Source: a virus (Duplodnaviria > Caudoviricetes). From it: DNA of 30,445 nt. Made by a program: the position numbers and the translations under genes. The stretch covers positions 1 through 30,445 of the IMG/VR virus record IMGVR_UViG_3300031997_001804; one strand, written 5' to 3'. Positions 28,215-30,445 of this stretch are shown here, piece after piece. Position 1 is the first letter of the stretch; each line of letters opens with the position of its first letter. The notes beneath the pieces are model-generated. The model did no database searches. It worked only from the letters and a program-made list of their open reading frames with translations, and had not been told where the DNA came from.

Positions 28215-28770
28215 ATCTAGATATCTCTTTGATTCTCTCTACGCGTTCCTTGTCGCTAATGTTTTCACCCACAAGGTATTCGATTTCCTGCTCTGTCATT
28301 TTGCTAGCTGGGTTTGGGACCCAAGCCCAAATATATGCCCAGTTATCATCCTTTGCAACCTTTGCTCTGTGGGCACCATCAATAGTGCCACCAATAGTGT
28401 CAACGACGACAGGCGGGACATCATCTGGGCTCTTAGCTGCCCGAATATCAGCCATGTTAGTGTCGTCTTGATTGTTGTGATGAGGTTTTACTTCCTTAGG
28501 GTCCACCTTTTTCAGCGCCCACTTCTTGTAGCCGCCACCGTTGTAACACATAAACGTCAAGGCACCAAAGGTTTCTAGCCAGTCCTCTACTGATTCTGAC
28601 GGCTCAGACTCCATGGCTTGGCTATAGATCATGTCGTAAAAGGTCTTGTCACTGGCTTCCTGCCTGCTAGCACTAATTACTGCCAAGGCTTTCGCAACAT
28701 CACTTTTCTTAATCTTGCCTTCTACGACGGCAATTCCTGACGAGACAAGCTTATTTATGGCTTTTTGCAT
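28213..28770 (-). CDS. ParB/Srx-like domain protein with shared N-terminal leader
   Basis: VDPKEVKP...PPVVVD...IDGAHR...A. Start is ATG 28770 or GTG 28782. Confidence 0.65.
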   Translation of the reverse strand: MQKAINKLVSSGIAVVEGKIKKSDVAKALAVISASRQEASDKTFYDMIYSQAMESEPSESVEDWLETFGALTFMCYNGGGYKKWALKKVDPKEVKPHHNNQDDTNMADIRAAKSPDDVPPVVVDTIGGTIDGAHRAKVAKDDNWAYIWAWVPNPASKMTEQEIEYLVGENISDKERVERIKEISR

Positions 28771-28781
28771 GCGGTATCTCA

Positions 28782-28994
28782 CTATAGTTTTATCCTAGTG
28801 TTGAAAATATCCTTTTCCTCATCAGTAGCTGCTCTTAGTATGTTGTCTTTCATAACCCTAACTGATATCGGCTTGTCGTTAGTAACTACCGAATAAGTGT
28901 CTTGGTTAATCTTTCTTACAACACATAGGTGTTTGCTAGTCCTGTAACCGCATTTCTTAAGCCAAACAACCACGTCGCCAACCTGATGATTCAT
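28782..28994 (-). CDS. Small SH3/KOW-like hypothetical protein
   Basis: QVGDVVVW...LRAATDEEK; AGGA SD. Confidence 0.5.
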   Translation of the reverse strand: MNHQVGDVVVWLKKCGYRTSKHLCVVRKINQDTYSVVTNDKPISVRVMKDNILRAATDEEKDIFNTRIKL

Positions 28995-29054
28995 ACTTCC
29001 TGCCTATGCTTAGTATTTGGCATCTTTTACTATGAACCAAGACACTCAGCTTAG

Positions 29055-29357
29055 TCACGCTTTCCTACCGCCAGTAATAATTTTTTGGTTTATGCCCTCT
29101 AACGACCAGCCTACAATGTCCTGATATATTTCTATTCTGGACTTGACAAACATGCCAGACCTTTCCAGGTCCTGTTGGCACAGAACACAAACATTCAATC
29201 GACTATGAATCGCATCCACTCGGGGGTCCCTGGGGTGAAGTAATGAGGCCCCCCCGGCAAGCAGTGGCCGCATAAACGCTTTTCCATATTGCCATAGGCT
29301 ACCCATAGCTTGGCGTGCCGATGGGACATCGTCCCCACACTCCTGGCACTATGTCAT
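29055..29357 (-). pseudogene. DksA/TraR C4-type zinc-finger gene with in-frame TAG at codon 3
   Basis: GGAG-7nt-ATG ACA TAG TGC CAG GAG TGT GGG reads MT*CQECGDDVPSARQAMG...VCVLCQQDLE, in frame with track ORF 29055..29306. Confidence 0.6.
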
Positions 29358-29408
29358 TTCTCGTCTCCGTCAGTTAAAAACTCACAGGTTCGAATAGCGG
29401 CAGAAAAA

Positions 29409-29795
29409 CTAGTATGTCTCTAGGTCTTCGACCGACTCTTTGGTGTTGTGGAAATCTATGAACACGTCACCGTCGTCATCGTCAGCATCATTATTTATGC
29501 ACTTGGAATTGGCAAAGAAGTAGTCCCACACGGCCTTGTCCTTGATAACTTTGTACAAAGGTTTGGTGTTATCTTCTTCTGCCACCATGACCAATGATAC
29601 GAAATGTTTAAGGTGCTCAGATGAAATCGCATACACTCTCATTTGACCGTTCCAATCAGCAAGAAGAACCTCTACGTTCTCACTAGCTTGCACGTGCTTC
29701 GCCAAAAAAGCCTTTGCGTCCTTAACTTTCACTTTGTTATTAACTACTTTAACACCGGCTTTTGACAATTTGGCTACTAATTCAGTTTTTTTCAT
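29409..29795 (-). CDS. Hypothetical protein with shared N-terminal leader
   Basis: GGAG SD before ATG 29795; MKKTELVAKLSKAGVKVVNNKVKVKDAKAFLAKHVQA followed by an acidic body. Confidence 0.65.
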   Translation of the reverse strand: MKKTELVAKLSKAGVKVVNNKVKVKDAKAFLAKHVQASENVEVLLADWNGQMRVYAISSEHLKHFVSLVMVAEEDNTKPLYKVIKDKAVWDYFFANSKCINNDADDDDGDVFIDFHNTKESVEDLETY

Positions 29796-29821
29796 GTTTT
29801 TCTCCAAAACCATTAACATAA

Positions 29822-30100
29822 CTAGAAAATTTCTCCGCGCTTTCTTGGTACTGCCGACACAAGCTCTACTACGTATGAACCTGTCTCATTAGCAACAAAC
29901 CTTTGGTCAACCAGCCTAATCTTGCCACTGGTCCAGATCGCCCTGAGCCCATAGCTCTTTTCTCCGTTGCTAACATCAACCACATTGACTATCAAGGAGC
30001 CCTCATTACGACCAATGCTGGCCAAAATGAGACGCTCATCGTCCTTAGATACACGGAAGCCACGCGCCACTTTATCGCCATTTCTTAGGAACTGCAACAT
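29822..30100 (-). CDS. Hypothetical protein
   Basis: 92 aa, AAGGAGGA SD. Confidence 0.6.
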   Translation of the reverse strand: MLQFLRNGDKVARGFRVSKDDERLILASIGRNEGSLIVNVVDVSNGEKSYGLRAIWTSGKIRLVDQRFVANETGSYVVELVSAVPRKRGEIF

Positions 30101-30113
30101 AGCACAATCCTCC

Positions 30114-30445
30114 TTAGCTTCTCACGTCTATTACCATTCCAGGCATCAAACTCTTGTCAGGACTCTTGTGCCCATCTACCAGCCACACTAGCTGATCGTG
30201 CGGCACGCCACACTCAACATACTCTGGTATCTCCCCATCGGTCAACACAATGAACGTATTTTCCAACCCAAACCTGCCAGCGGCAAAGGCCACAAGTGGA
30301 CTCATGTCAGTCCCGCCTCCTCCTCGGCACTGCTTGGCATCCAAGTCGCCGTCAAAATAGCTTATGCCAGCTTCCGTAGTGTCGCCGTAGATGATCGGAA
30401 ATCCAAGATCCACAAGACCGCACGACACAAGACCTTGCAGCTCCT
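30114..30445 (-). CDS. VWA-like domain (DUF2201-type C-terminus), 5' truncated by the window
   Basis: RGGGGTDMSP...IVLTDG; frame open to the window edge (ELQGLVSC). Confidence 0.7.
   Translation of the reverse strand, partial: ELQGLVSCGLVDLGFPIIYGDTTEAGISYFDGDLDAKQCRGGGGTDMSPLVAFAAGRFGLENTFIVLTDGEIPEYVECGVPHDQLVWLVDGHKSPDKSLMPGMVIDVRS

Noticed and set aside
1-30445. Genome-wide TAG recoding (code 15)
   Set aside because: rmlA, dnaB and recA end in TAG at plausible positions, and coding density is high under code 11.
1-30445. CRISPR array, rRNA, IS element
   Set aside because: No repeat-spacer periodicity, rRNA-like sequence or transposase motifs were seen.

Overview
This window is a gene-dense segment of a large tailed (probably jumbo) dsDNA phage genome, mostly on the minus strand. 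It carries a baseplate-hub-like gene cut by the window start and rmlA. The replication/recombination genes are a beta-clamp-like protein, dNMP-kinase-like protein, DnaB, a degenerate loader-like gene, SF2 helicase, SbcD/Mre11, RecA and SSB. Packaging genes are a portal and an intein-containing large terminase. It also has a probable tail-chaperone pair, a PhaR-like regulator, an RpoD-like sigma factor, a GH24 lysozyme and several accessory genes. The most notable signals are: (1) a shared ~35-aa N-terminal leader ending in [VI]-x-A on three otherwise unrelated proteins, a candidate capsid-targeting/protease-processing system; (2) a -1 slippery site C-CCT-TTG that joins two ORFs; (3) a DksA/TraR-like zinc-finger gene with an amber stop at codon 3; (4) a Walker-A intein with a decayed LAGLIDADG domain; (5) a phage-borne PhaR DNA-binding domain; (6) a sigma-70 lacking region 4.2; (7) tandem palindromic operator-like sites. 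All family calls come from motif recognition by eye; no database searches were run.
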